Position numbers and translations under genes: made by a program
Assembly (NCBI GenBank): GCA_051294375.1
Contig: CM119263.1
Location: forward strand, 8,133,992-8,197,991
Direction: 5' to 3'
Length of the DNA stretch: 64,000 nucleotides
Source of the DNA: Paraspadella gotoi
Taxonomy: Eukaryota; Animalia; Chaetognatha
In this document: one piece after another, positions 36,183 through 52,927 of the stretch
Layout of the letters: each line of letters opens with the position of its first letter
How positions within the stretch are numbered: the first letter of the stretch is position 1
Notes under the pieces: model-generated
The model's input: the letters and a program-made list of their open reading frames with translations, nothing else
What the model was told of the DNA's origin: nothing
Database searches by the model: none

Positions 36183-36775
36183 CACCATTAAAAAACTCAG
36201 ACGGCGATCCATCATGCCTGAGGTCCTTGGATCTAAATCCAAAGACGAAAACAGAATTCTATTTCAAGGTTTATAAAGCCGTTTTACCTTCTACTCTCAT
36301 CTCTTCTCTCGTCTCTCTCTCTCTCTTTCTCTCTCTCTCTTCTCTCCTCTCTCTCTGCTCTCTCTCTCGGTCTCTGCTCTCCTCTCTTCTCAACTCTTTT
36401 TTCTCTTTATTCAAAGTCACCGTAAGCTTTTCGTTAAAGCTATTAACTCGAGAAAGATTAAACGAGTAATAAGGCATATATGTTAGAGTATGGTAGGATC
36501 GAGTATGAAAAAGTATAAACAACAACGACAACAACAACAACAACCACGACGGAGACGACGACGACGAGACAAATACGAAATTTAAAAAAAAAATTGTTTA
36601 ATTTCTTTTTTATGCAGAAAAAGTAAGAAGAACTAATTTATAAATTTTGTGAATTCCAAGTTAGAATAAATCTTTAAAATAAAAAAAAGGCTTAAGTCTC
36701 GGAATGATAGCCGATCAAAACGGACGTGATATTAGGCCAATATGGTTTTTTTGTAGTGAAGAGGTTCGCCACGAC

Positions 36776-36816
<41 letters not shown>

Positions 36817-37174
36817 TCCTCTCTCTCTCTTTCCTCTCTTCTCTCTTAATGAAAAAAGCTTATCTTTTCAATCTAAAGCCCGGAAATAAATCCGCGTCAG
36901 AAGATCCACCGCCGAAATTCGCGGACAAATCGTGATTTAGTGGAAAATTATTTGGGGTGAGGATGACGTCACCGACGTCGTGTTGTCGTCGTACTGTCGT
37001 CGTTTGTGTCGTCCTCGCTGTTCGTCGTCCTCGTCGTCGTCATTGTCGTCGCCTTTATCTCCCCTCCCCCGCAACAACTCAATTTATTCCGATTGAAGCT
37101 TTTTTGGGGGGGACCACATTTTTCCCTCCTTTTTTTCTCCACAATGCTCATGCAATTTTTTGTTGCGTCAAAGC

Positions 37175-37219
<45 letters not shown>

Positions 37220-37387
37220 CATCTCTCTCCTCTCTCTCTCTCCCCCTCTTCTCTCTCTCTCACTCTCTTTCTCTCCTCTCTCTTCTTTTGATTTTTTGAT
37301 GAATGGAAGGAAATTAGAAAATCCATTTTTCTCTTCATTTATTAAAACCGGCAGAAACTTCTAAGACTTTGTCAACAGCCGAAGGAG

Positions 37388-37470
<83 letters not shown>

Positions 37471-38142
37471 TAGGTAAGTAGAAGAAAGGTGAAAAATTGA
37501 GCGAGGAAAGTAATCCTTCAAAAGAGAAAGTAGGTAAAAGGTAACGACTGGGCGATTATGGTTCGGGTTTTTTTTCAATGATAATAACAATGACGATGAA
37601 GATAATCTGATAAACGATTATGCTTCGAAAATGTTATCATCAATTTTATCATCAATTTTATCATCAATTTTATCAATACATGAAATCATGATGACTCGAA
37701 CGACCACAAATTTCACTCCATCATTTTTCAATTTTCCGATATCCAGTCGGTGCCCATTTTTTTCCCCCGATGGCTTTCGTTCGCAGCTTTCCGGGACTCC
37801 TCGATATTGGCTAAAGCCCCATAATTTCGGTCTAGCGATTGCTAAAACTCATATGAGGGCTTTAGCTCAAATAAATTCAATTATATTTAGGCTCTTAGTG
37901 CTCTTTATATATTTTTTGTCTTATTTTTCACTCACATCATTAGTTCATTTTCCTCTCCGTTACTATATAAAAGTTGGCCCAATCCCAAGAATTAAAGTTA
38001 GTGATTATTTTGTCACATATTTAACTTATTCCAGACCATAAGTACGGCATGTTCCGGGACTATTTTGATGTTTTTCTATGATTATAATATAAATATATGT
38101 ATCATAGTTATTGTCGACTTTGTCAACCAAATCCTGTCGTCG

Positions 38143-38185
<43 letters not shown>

Positions 38186-38660
38186 GCATCGTCGTCGTCG
38201 TCGTCGTCGTCGTCGTTTAGCATCGAATTGCTCGTCTTTCTGCCTCTAAAGAGATGAACCTTAATCTATTTTTATTTTTTTCTCCTCTATTTTAAAAACA
38301 AATGTAGTATTTATTAGACACTAATTATCGATTAAACAAATAGTCGTTATTGCTTAAACATGGCCGTTCCCGATGTAGCTTATTGGCTTCATCGTACATA
38401 AGTACCAGTGCTAATATGTTTTTTTTTTTTTCTCATCGTTATAGTTCTAGCTAATGTCATTTTTTTTCTGATCTTCTCGTCACGATGTTGTTTTGTTTGT
38501 TTTGAAAAGCCGCGTGGCGTCCCGTCGCGCTCTCTTCCGATTCCTTTTCTCGTTGGACGCCTCGGCCAAGAGAGGAGCAGCCGTCCTTTTCAATGACCTG
38601 AAAAGTCCGCGAAAGCCTCTGATGGGCAACTCCCATCTCGGATAATTATCGTTAGCGGCG

Positions 38661-38699
<39 letters not shown>

Positions 38700-38833
38700 A
38701 GACCGTGGGGAAGAACGAACAGAGAACAACAACCGACAACAACAAAGATAACAACTAGACAAGACGTGCACAAAGCGATGACGACTTTAAATGATGGTGA
38801 TGATGATGGACGACGACGACGATCGACGACGAC

Positions 38834-38895
<62 letters not shown>

Positions 38896-38984
38896 ATGTC
38901 GACGACGAAGACGACGACGGCGGTGGGCGCAACGCTTTCCGAACCCTGATGATACCGAGACGATTAGAAAGAAGAAAGAAGAAG

Positions 38985-39055
<71 letters not shown>

Positions 39056-39122
39056 AGAAAGAAAAAAGAAAAAACGAAAACGAGCAAACAAGCCTAAGCA
39101 AGCAGGAAGAATCTCAAAGCTA
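36183..39122 (-). repeat. Inverted copy of the left part of the locus (equivalent to ~3290-9394 without the foldback element)
   Basis: Reverse-complement colinearity; the empty TA site is at 38376-38377. Confidence 0.92.
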
Positions 39123-39155
39123 CTGGGGAAATATAAATCTATGGGGCGTTTGTTT

Positions 39156-39550
39156 AGTTATTTTGTAGTCGGCCATTGCATAAGTTATTAGTTATTAGTT
39201 ATTAGTTATTAGTTATTAGTTATTAGTTATTCTGTAGTCGGCCATTGCATAAGTTCACCGGGTTCAATCCCAACCTGGTACCGACCCTGCGGGAAGTGTG
39301 AAGACGGCCGTAAGCCGTCTTGGGGGAGTTAAAAATCCTCGAGCCTGGTTCCAAGCCCAGAACCCGTTCCATGGCTGCTAGAGGGGGCACAGAAGATACG
39401 GATAGTAGTCTTCAGCCCACTGAGCGCCTTATCCACAATTCATACAATATGAGGGGTAAACAGTTGATTTTTAACTTAAAATCCAAAATAGGACGATCAA
39501 TCAGCCAATGATGTGTAAAGAGACAAAATAAGCTTTCAATATTTTATTGC
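39156..39550 (-). mobile_element. Ngaro/DIRS-like terminal fragment with duplicated end and heptamer array
   Basis: Cleanest copy. Hairpin AAGACGGC-cgtaa-GCCGTCTT at 39301-39321, a second hairpin at ~39384-39418, and the motif TTGGGGGAG...CTCGAGCCTGGTTCCAAGCCCAGAACCC. Confidence 0.5.
39183..39231. repeat. Seven perfect tandem AGTTATT heptamers between two copies of a 27-bp sequence
   Basis: AGTTATT(T/C)TGTAGTCGGCCATTGCATA occurs at 39156-39182 and 39225-39251. Confidence 0.95.
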
Positions 39551-40961
39551 GAGGAATAAACGAAAACAAGGGGAAAAAATTAAAAACTCATATTTATCTG
39601 TTAATGTTACAGCTAATGTCACAGGTAATGTTCTGAGAGTGTATATTTTAATTCATAGTTGAATATAGTAATATATATTCAAATCGGTGTACTGGAACAC
39701 TGATTTAGCAAACGATTTAATCACAAAAACAATTTGCTAATTATTGTTTTCTGTTGCAGACAACGTAATTATTTACCTTTTTTTTTTTTACACCTTTTCC
39801 CCATTTTTTTTTCTCCCGGCGTCGCGTCGCAGGTAAGTCAATCAACTTAACTCGTTTGTGTATTTTTTTTTCAAAGATTGATGATATATGCTTGGTCGCT
39901 TGGTGCCATATTAATCTTTCTTTGATGCCGCAAGGAGAAGAAAAAAGCGTGAGGGAAGAGAGGTGAGAAAGAAAGCGATGGAGAGAGAAAGAGAGAAAGA
40001 GGAAGAGAAAGAAAGAGAGAAAGAGAAACAAAGAGAGAAAGAGAAAGTGAAACAGAAGGAGGGAGCGAAAAATAAATAAAATGGTGTTCCTCTAAAAATA
40101 AATAGACTCCTCGTTGGCGGGTTTTCTCAAATCCTAGTTTCCTTATTAGGAAAAAGAGATTAAAGAAAAGCTTTTCTTTTTTTCTTCGCCCAAAATCCTC
40201 TTAAAAAAAAAACAAAAAACTCCGACGTAAAATGTTTATCAACTTTTGCGTCACATTTTCTGCCATGAGAAAAAATATCCAAGATGAAAACCTAAAACTA
40301 CAACATATTTTTATGGAAAATTAAATTTCACAATCGATAATAAGGAATAAGTTGATTTTGAGTCTAGCTTGTGAGAATCTTCGTCAGAATAAAGAAAATA
40401 TTAACTTGCACTTTTCCTGTTGGACTGAACTGGGCACGAACGCGGAAAATACAAATCGGGAATAACCTCACTTATTTTCGAAACAAGTTTCGTAGTAAAT
40501 ATAGCCGCTTCCCTCTGTAATTCTTATCTCGTTCGCAACGCAATTTGTTGCGAGAAGTTTGGCTTAAGAAAAACTTATTCGAATGCCGAAACCAAAAACG
40601 ACGCAAGTCTTCTGGGACGTGGATGGATTCATTACTGTGACAACTGAATACAGTTTGAGGCCTTGCTGTCTCGATCATTTTCCACTTTGCTCGCTGACTG
40701 TCATCAGCGTCCGATTAATATTGTCGTCGCCTCTTCCATCCAGATTTGCATAATTCTTCAGAAAAATAAGACTCACAAGAGAGATAATGAAAAATGAAAG
40801 GGAGAAAATGCAAAGCGGTTGATAAATGCTTTATCCTTACTAATCCTCGAAAATCTCCGATACTCAATTAAGAAACAAAAAACCTGTCTTTTCAACGAGT
40901 AAATCTTTCGTTTTTAGTTTACATTTTTTTAAATTTAAATATCAGATGATGGAAATGAAGC

Positions 40962-41019
<58 letters not shown>

Positions 41020-41302
41020 TCAAAACATAAAAAAAGGAAAATATTTCCGAATCGAGGTAAAAAAAAATATATTTCTTCGCTATTCGAGGCGAAAGGCAGA
41101 AAAAAAAATCTGGGAATCAGTGAAATTAGTCTTTTGTTATTCAGGTTTTAAATTTGGTTTAGTCCCCCTCACCTCCCACGTGAGGAGCAGCCGGATCGCC
41201 GGCTGGCTGGCGGCCCACGCAAGTGGTTGATAGCCTGCTAACCATTATTGATAAGGCCTCGGTCGATGCGGTACGCCCAATGAAAGGATAAAAGAAGAGA
41301 GA

Positions 41303-41363
<61 letters not shown>

Positions 41364-41544
41364 AAAAAAAAAGAGCTTAAGCGGTTGGGCTGAAAAAGGT
41401 GGCCTGAGGCCAGTTTTAAACTTAATGTAAACAAGTTAATTCCTGGGCAATCAGAAAGAGAAGCACCAAACCTGAGCTTTTGGTCTTGAATTTAATTTGT
41501 TTGCCCTCTCTAAATTTAGATAGAAAGAGAAAAAGAGAAAAAAA

Positions 41545-41599
<55 letters not shown>

Positions 41600-41683
41600 A
41601 GAGAGAGAGATGGGGATATAAAAAATCAAATAATCAAAAATGTCATCTGGTCTGAGTCGAAAGCGAGGAAAAATAAGAACGGC

Positions 41684-41737
<54 letters not shown>

Positions 41738-42134
41738 AGAGAAAGAGAGAGAGAGAGAGAGAGAGTGGGTATCTAAACTGCGGTCCAGTGAGAGGTGTTA
41801 AAGTTTTCATTCTTGGAAGCGAATGAAAATCCTGCTCGACTCGAATCATCTTTGGGCGTTTCGGTCGCTATGACAACCGGGTAATTAGTTTATTTAAAAT
41901 TTAAAAACTTCTTTCATTTCTCACTAGTTAAATAATATTTAGTTTATTCGATTCCGTAATTTAATTCGAATTCGTTTTCTTCACGATTTCTCTTTGCTTG
42001 ACAACCATTAGAGCAGTCGCAATCGTATTTTCTAAATCTTTTTAAACGATATTTTTCATTGACAAATTACGTACGAATCATGACTCATAAAGGGAATTAT
42101 TTTGCAGATCTAGAAATTAATATTCAAAATTAAA

Positions 42135-42208
<74 letters not shown>

Positions 42209-43612
42209 TTCTCTGTTTACCAATAATGGGGAGCCACATTAATGGCTGTTTCGCGATGAAAATCAACCAGACACAGAATTTTAAAAAGCGATCAGGATTT
42301 TTTCATTACTTCTCCTATTTTTAATTCCCCCTTCGCTCTTTCCCTGTGGTCCGCAGCTTCTTCACGGATGAAGGCCTCGTCCTTCCAAAATGCATCTCAT
42401 TCTTCAGTTTCTTAACTTCGATCAATCGGCCTCTTTTCCCACAAGACGCCACAACCCTAACACGATCTCTCATCTTATACATGGGGTTTGTTCTTTTAGA
42501 CCGGATGCATCGAGCCCTCGATTCATGCTAGAAAATTTGCTCCTCTTAAATTACTCCTTTTGACTCCAAGACCTCCTTAATGCTCCACGCAAGACCGCTC
42601 CACAAAGTCTCCCGTCCAAACCTCTCGCGCCCCAAGTATCTCGTTTGCGCTACGTAATTTACGCCGGCGAGACGAGGTCTGAAAAAAAAAAGGATTTTTT
42701 TTTTAAATTGAAAAAAAAAAGAAGAATATCCAGGTCCCACTGTCCCTCCATTTTCCATTCTTCCTTTTGTATTCCGTTCGTTTTCAAGGTTGATCACGAC
42801 GACGACGACGACGACGAAGACGACGACGACGAAGACGACGACGACAACGATGTCGACGATATTCAAATTGGAGCGAAAAGAGAGAGGAAAAAAAAAAAAA
42901 GAATTGGCGTCCCGTGCGCCTCGTTTGGCGTCGCTGGTAATTAGGAAAGCGTCACGACCATGATTGTCTGATCGTGATGCCCTTGACTGATTGTGACGGG
43001 ATTGATTGACTGATGATTGATGGCCTTGAATGGCTGATAGCATTTGATGAGCCGATATGAACTGGTTGGGTAAAAAACGAAGACTGATCCAAACGTTTCC
43101 GATGTATCGGATTGGTTTATTTCAAAGATAATTTGCAACAGTAAACGAATTTGGCGCAGCCATTCCAGATAAGAAGAACCAATCGGTTTCTCGGTGATTT
43201 TTTTTCATAAATCTCTTAACTGATTGGTGATCAACGATGATCCGTTGCTCTTATTGATTTCTGATTGTGTGTTGAGGGAGGTGATGGTTCAGGAAGACAT
43301 GATAGATGAGAGTAGGAGGTGAGGACCTTGTGTGGGCAGCGATGTTGCAGATGGTGGCGTTGCAGAAGAGGAGGGGCGATTCCGTGCTTCCCTTTCTCCT
43401 CATCGGATTCGTTGAAACGCGTGACTCAGTTTCATCCACGTTTCGTTCAATCGAACCATTTCGTCCAATTAAATCTGGAAATCAGGAGAGAAAAAAAGGA
43501 ATGAAAAAGATAAAGGTCGAAAAAAAAGATGATAGATAGTCGGTAAAAAGGAGAAAATATATGTGCAAAAAAAACGAGCTATTTTATAACTTTAAATTCT
43601 AGACACTCTAGA

Positions 43613-43649
<37 letters not shown>

Positions 43650-43674
43650 NNNNNNNNNNNNNNNNNNNNNNNNN

Positions 43675-43721
<47 letters not shown>

Positions 43722-43729
43722 TTCTTTCT

Positions 43730-43791
<62 letters not shown>

Positions 43792-44615
43792 CTCTCTCTC
43801 CACTTCGTATTTTGGACTTCCTTACACGCGAATAAAGGTATTGGCCAATAAGAAGAAAAAAAAACCTGTACAACACTAAAACTGCCTAAAAAAATCGACC
43901 CAACGAATTTAAATAAAAAAAGAAACAAGGAAACAAAAGAGTGGAGAGACATCGAAAAAAACCTGGAAATCGAAATTCGAACAAAACGACCGAACAAGAA
44001 AAAAAAAGGAAAAAAGATAAGAAAAAGGAAGAAAAAAAAGGAAAAAGAAAAAGGATTCCAACATGTTTGACGTCCGTAAGCAAATTTCTTTGTGACAAAG
44101 AGAAAAATGCAGGAAAGAGGGAGAAGAGAGAGAGAAAATACATTTCTATTTTCTTTTTTTTTTTTTTTTTTTCAATTCAGAAGCAACGATTTTTGCTTTA
44201 AAACTATTAGCGTCATCGACTTCGTCTGGTTTTGGCCGGAGATTTGATGGAAAGGTGCGAAGCCTGAGTGAAGGTGGGGAAAAAGAGCAGGGGGAAGACA
44301 TAGAAATAGAAAAAACAAATTGGATTTTAATATCGAACTTTTGTTTTAATCAATGAATCATATTAAAATTTTATTTGCTTTTTTAAAGAAATATATATTA
44401 ATAGAAAAATATGTATTTACGATCCCAAATGATTTATAATGCATTTAAATATATTTAAAAAATAAATAAATAAAAAAATAAATTTAAAAAATAATTCTAA
44501 TATGCCTATTTATGTTAACTTTGTTTTATTTTAATTTTAGACTTTCAATAACAAGCTTCGGTGTCTTTGAAACGTTTAAAACTTATTTAAATTTGAAATG
44601 ACTGGCAATTTTATA

Positions 44616-44691
<76 letters not shown>

Positions 44692-44783
44692 CCCTCTGTC
44701 CTCAATCGCTCTCTCGACTTTTGTCAGCAAAGATTCTTGATAAATCGACCGGCATTAAATAGAAAAAGAAGAAAGAAAGAAAA

Positions 44784-44863
<80 letters not shown>

Positions 44864-44867
44864 AGAG

Positions 44868-44913
<46 letters not shown>

Positions 44914-45358
44914 AGAGAGAGAGAGAAAGGCTGCTGGGACAAATAAAAAGAAAAAACGTTGAAGAGAGAGAGAGAGAGAGAAGAGAGAAGAGAGAGAGAG
45001 GAGAGAGGGGAGATTCGCATTGCGAGAAAAAAATAATTTGGAAAAAAGAGAGAAAAGTGGAAAAAAGAAGAGGAACGAAAAAAATAAAGAAGGCCCAAAA
45101 AGTAGTTGAGCGGAGATTTTTTTGTAAAAAAAAATAAAGCAAAAGCAAAAAAAAAGAAAGCGGAGAGTGAGAGAGAAGAGAGAGAGAGAGAAAGAGAACA
45201 AAGTAAAGAGAGAGAAGAGAGGAGAAGCCAGAAAAAAAGGAGGCGGGCCGCCTAGCCTCCCGGCGCCAACCGCTGATTCCCCCGGAAAACTCGGCCCTTT
45301 TTATCATTATTCCCTTTTACTTTTCTTTTTAATTTTCCACTCTCTCTCTCTCTTCTCT

Positions 45359-45404
<46 letters not shown>

Positions 45405-46603
45405 CTCTCTCCTAAGCGCCTCACCGTTTTTTTTTTTTGAAGAGAAAACAAATGGAAACGTCAGGAGAAGCCATGGGTTGAGGAGAGAGAAGAAGAAGAG
45501 GAAGCAGAAGGAGAAGCATGGACCAGGGCCATGCTTGTGATGGAAACGAAGGCATGGTAGAGGAAAATTAATAGCGAGAAGAGAATATCAGGTAGGGAGA
45601 ATGAACGGAAGGCGGCAATCAGCGAGAAATATTAGACTTAAGTTTTTCTTTGTATTTTGTGTAAAACATGTCAATTTTCTTCCCAAACCGTTTTTTCTTT
45701 CATACATAAGCCATTGAATTTTACGAGCGGAACATTTATTTATTCATCAACCCGTTATTCATTCATTAAGTCGATTTAATTTATTCATTATCATAATTCA
45801 TTCATAATTCATCTAATTTAAAGGAATTCTTCGCCTGCCTATTTGTTCCTTCATGTTTTGCGGGAGGGCCAATCAACGTCATAGAGAAAGACTGATTCTC
45901 CAAAAAAAAAATCACATAAAAGAAGACAAAGAGTCGCACGGACCGACAGAAAGACAGACGGACAGACGGAGGATAACCGATGGATTGCACCTAATTGCGC
46001 GCTAATCATCGAATAATCTCGCGTATGATTAAATACTCCATACTTTTGCTAAAAATAAGAAGTTGTTATGTATTTTGGATTTTATGGAGAGACAGAGCGT
46101 AAATACGTCGGCCATGGTTGTTTTTTTTTTTTTCTCATTTTTTTATCGAATGTTCTGAATGTTTTATGGCAACAGCAGAAGGAAGCGTTTAGGAATTTTT
46201 TGTTAGATTTAATTTTGTTTTCGTTTAATTCAATTCGTTTGTTTAATGTTTGGACTTTCTTGAACTTACATAAATTTAAATTGATATTTCTATTTTATTC
46301 CAATTTTTCTTCTCGATTCTCAGTTCATCCATTTATTCTTTTTTCTTTTTGCTTCTCTTTTCCCTTCTCTCCCTCTTTATCGTTTTCCGACTTCGCGTAA
46401 AATCTTGCACCACGTCTTTTTCCTTTTTATTTTCTAAGTTTTTTATTCTTTCTTTATCTTTTTTTCGTCAGTCGTCAAAATCAAAGGATGTTTCCATTAT
46501 CTCACTCTCTGTCCTCCTTTCTCTCTCTCTCTTCTCTTCCTCTCTCCTTCTCTCTCTCTCTCTCTCTCTCTCTTCTCCTCTCTTCATCTCTCTCTTCTTC
46601 TCT

Positions 46604-46643
<40 letters not shown>

Positions 46644-47170
46644 CTCCTGTCTCACTCTTGTTTGCATTCGAGTCACACACTTTCTTCATCTCGGAATTCC
46701 GATTGATGACAAATATTAACTTCTCGCCTTCGATGTTCGGGAAATCTTCTGCCCTCCACGTATTTCCGCTTCAGCCCGTTTTCGCCTACACCCTGCGAGA
46801 CACTCGCTGCATCCCTGCTATTTTCTTTCACTATTCGACAATTTCCAGCCTAAGCTAGCCTGAAACTTAACTCTATCTCCCTAGTACTTCTATTTTTCCA
46901 TCGATCGATACCATATCCCTCACCAATGATTTCCAGTAACAACATTTTCATTATCAGTATCATTTTATTCACTATCATTTTCCCTTTCCTATTTCGCTCT
47001 GTTCCTTCGCAACTCCTTACCCCCTCAACAACTCTTCCCCTTCCCGACCCCTCGCCTCCCCACCCTTCCCCCTCAACACCCCGCATCTTTCTTTCCCTTT
47101 TTTCAGAAATTCTTCTCGTTTCTTCAAAATCCTTATTTTTTCACCTTCGACGATTCTGTTCAAGTCCGTC

Positions 47171-48196
47171 TCTTTCTCTCTCTGAAGAAGAAGACTTATA
47201 TCGCAACAGTAATGTTTTTGAGGAAAGCCCTGGCCGGAAGTATTTAAAAAGAAGGAAGTTAGTAAGGACTCGAGAAACGCGGAGAGTGAACTAAAAAAGG
47301 AACGGATGCCTCGGGAGAGGGAGGGGAAGAGGAGGATGAGGATCGAGTGCCTCCTCTTGGAAAAAGATGTCACACTGTGACCTCGAATGTCACTGAAGTG
47401 CATCGTGTGGAACTAAGGGGTGGGGAAGGAATAACAACCCTAAACTGAGACTCTTTGACTGGACATTACAGAGGCACATTTGACTGGGGGTGGTAATCTA
47501 TAGGTAAATAGTGATAATAAGGAAATACAAATGCTGATGACAATTGAAAAAGTAAAAAAAATAAAAAGAAATTTATATATCATAGCTGTAAAAAATCTCT
47601 AATACTAGTAAATGAAACTTGTGATTAAGCTGATAGCTGAAAAATTTTTCACAGAAATTTAAACAGGAATTATTTTGGAGGTAATGGAACACAGTGAGGC
47701 AAAATATAATGGAAAATAGAAAAATGCTGATGTCAAAGTACAAAATAAAATAATATTATTCATCTCAGCTCTAGTAACAAAAACTCAATAAAGGCTGATG
47801 TAAAAAAAATTAACTAAATATTAAAAAATCACTGTAGAGAAAAGATCATCAGTAGCCGCAAATACAATGATAAAAATTTTAATATAATGTGGACGTTATG
47901 AAAAATAAAAAAAATACAAAACGTCCATTAGTTTATCAGCATTTTAGAAAAAAGTAATGATCATACTTATAAAAGCTGTTGTGAATTACGCTAAATATAA
48001 TCATCAGGGTAAAAAGCAAAACGGATTGAAATAATAAAATAAAAAAAATAAGCTACTATAAATTTTTTTTTCTTTTTCTTTTTAATTTGTTCTGGGTTTG
48101 TGGGCAGAGGGTTTTGATCAACTTATAAGCTAATTCCCGGCGCACAAAAGCTAATTGTTAGCAAGGCACTCCACCTTTATGGCGGCAGTTTTTGTT
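47171..48196 (-). repeat. Inverted duplicate of 26211-27236
   Basis: Reverse-complement match at both ends and at the internal anchors checked. Confidence 0.95.
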
Positions 48197-51785
<3,589 letters not shown>

Positions 51786-52428
51786 TTATACCCTGCATGC
51801 CTGCCCTCGAAACAGCAACATGCCCGGTTCAGCCCGCTTCATTCTTCCCACGTTCCCATGCTTGCACGTCTCATGGTCTCTCCCTGCCCGGAACTTCTTT
51901 CGGCTTCGCCTATATTATTTCCCAGTAGAGAAAAAAAAAAGCTTTATAATTTTATTCATGAAAATCGTCGGCAGCTTCGGTCGGCCTTTGGCGGCTATTT
52001 TCTGTCGGCCGCTTCGGCTTTCTGCTTCCGCCTAAGCCTATTTTCGTCTTCTCTTCGGACGACAACAACGATTATGACAACAACAACGACAACAACAACA
52101 ACATCAACGCCGGAGGAGGAGAACATCGACGGGGATCGAATTGCCACCCGAAGGGCAACTGCGACAACCACAATCACAACAACAATTTTTCTTTGTAATG
52201 TCATCCACAAAATGACGAAAACAATGTAGAACAACATTTCAATTCTCCTAAAAGTGTGAGACAGCGTTAAAAACAAAAGTCGATTCTATTGCAAAAACAC
52301 ATATCAACATCAACATTGTCAAAAGTCTCACAGAAATTAAATCGTTGTATTATTTATTTATTTTTTTTAAAGTGGCCTCTTTCACTTTTCTTTTTCCGCT
52401 TTGTCAAACGAAGCGCGAGAAAGAGAAA

Positions 52429-52490
<62 letters not shown>

Positions 52491-52826
52491 TTCTTAATTT
52501 CACGGTCCGCTATGACTTCGGTCGCGAACTTCTCTGAATCAAATTGCGTGATATTTAAACGGGAGAGTGAGTTCGAACTTGGAAGAGGCGAGGGTAAGGA
52601 CAGGGTGAGCTCGCTGAGAGAGTGAAGGGGAGAGAGTGAGAAGGGGAGAAATTGGTAAGTGAAGAAATTGCCCACAGAGAGTCCAAATGGAAAGAACTGC
52701 GACTCCATGAAAAGGCAGCTGCAATTGTGTGTCTGGATTTCTATTTATTCTGTGAGAGCGTTCACGCTTTTCACTTTTTTTTTCTTACTTTTATTGGGAC
52801 ATTTTTACGAAATTGGCGCTGGGTTG

Positions 52827-52927
<101 letters not shown>

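Larger units (their letters stand above)
39123..47170 (+). repeat. Copy 4 of the recurrent locus (right part plus extension)
   Basis: Colinear with ~9400-16390 and reverse complement of 27237-35095. Confidence 0.93.

Noticed and set aside
39183-39231. (TTATTAG)n as an interstitial telomere
   Set aside because: It is not a G-rich canonical telomeric unit, and the heptamer already exists once at the element end in another copy.
39370-39430. GGGGGCACAGAAG resembling the CPEB3/HDV ribozyme start, and CTGAAGA on the minus strand resembling a hammerhead core
   Set aside because: I could not build the HDV P1-P4 nesting, and there is no GAAA partner after a stem II.
42340-43480. Exon-like high-complexity blocks in the repeated locus (also ~12800-13970 and ~30860-31970)
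   Set aside because: Acceptor-like sites exist, but the frames disagree between copies and I recognised no protein family.
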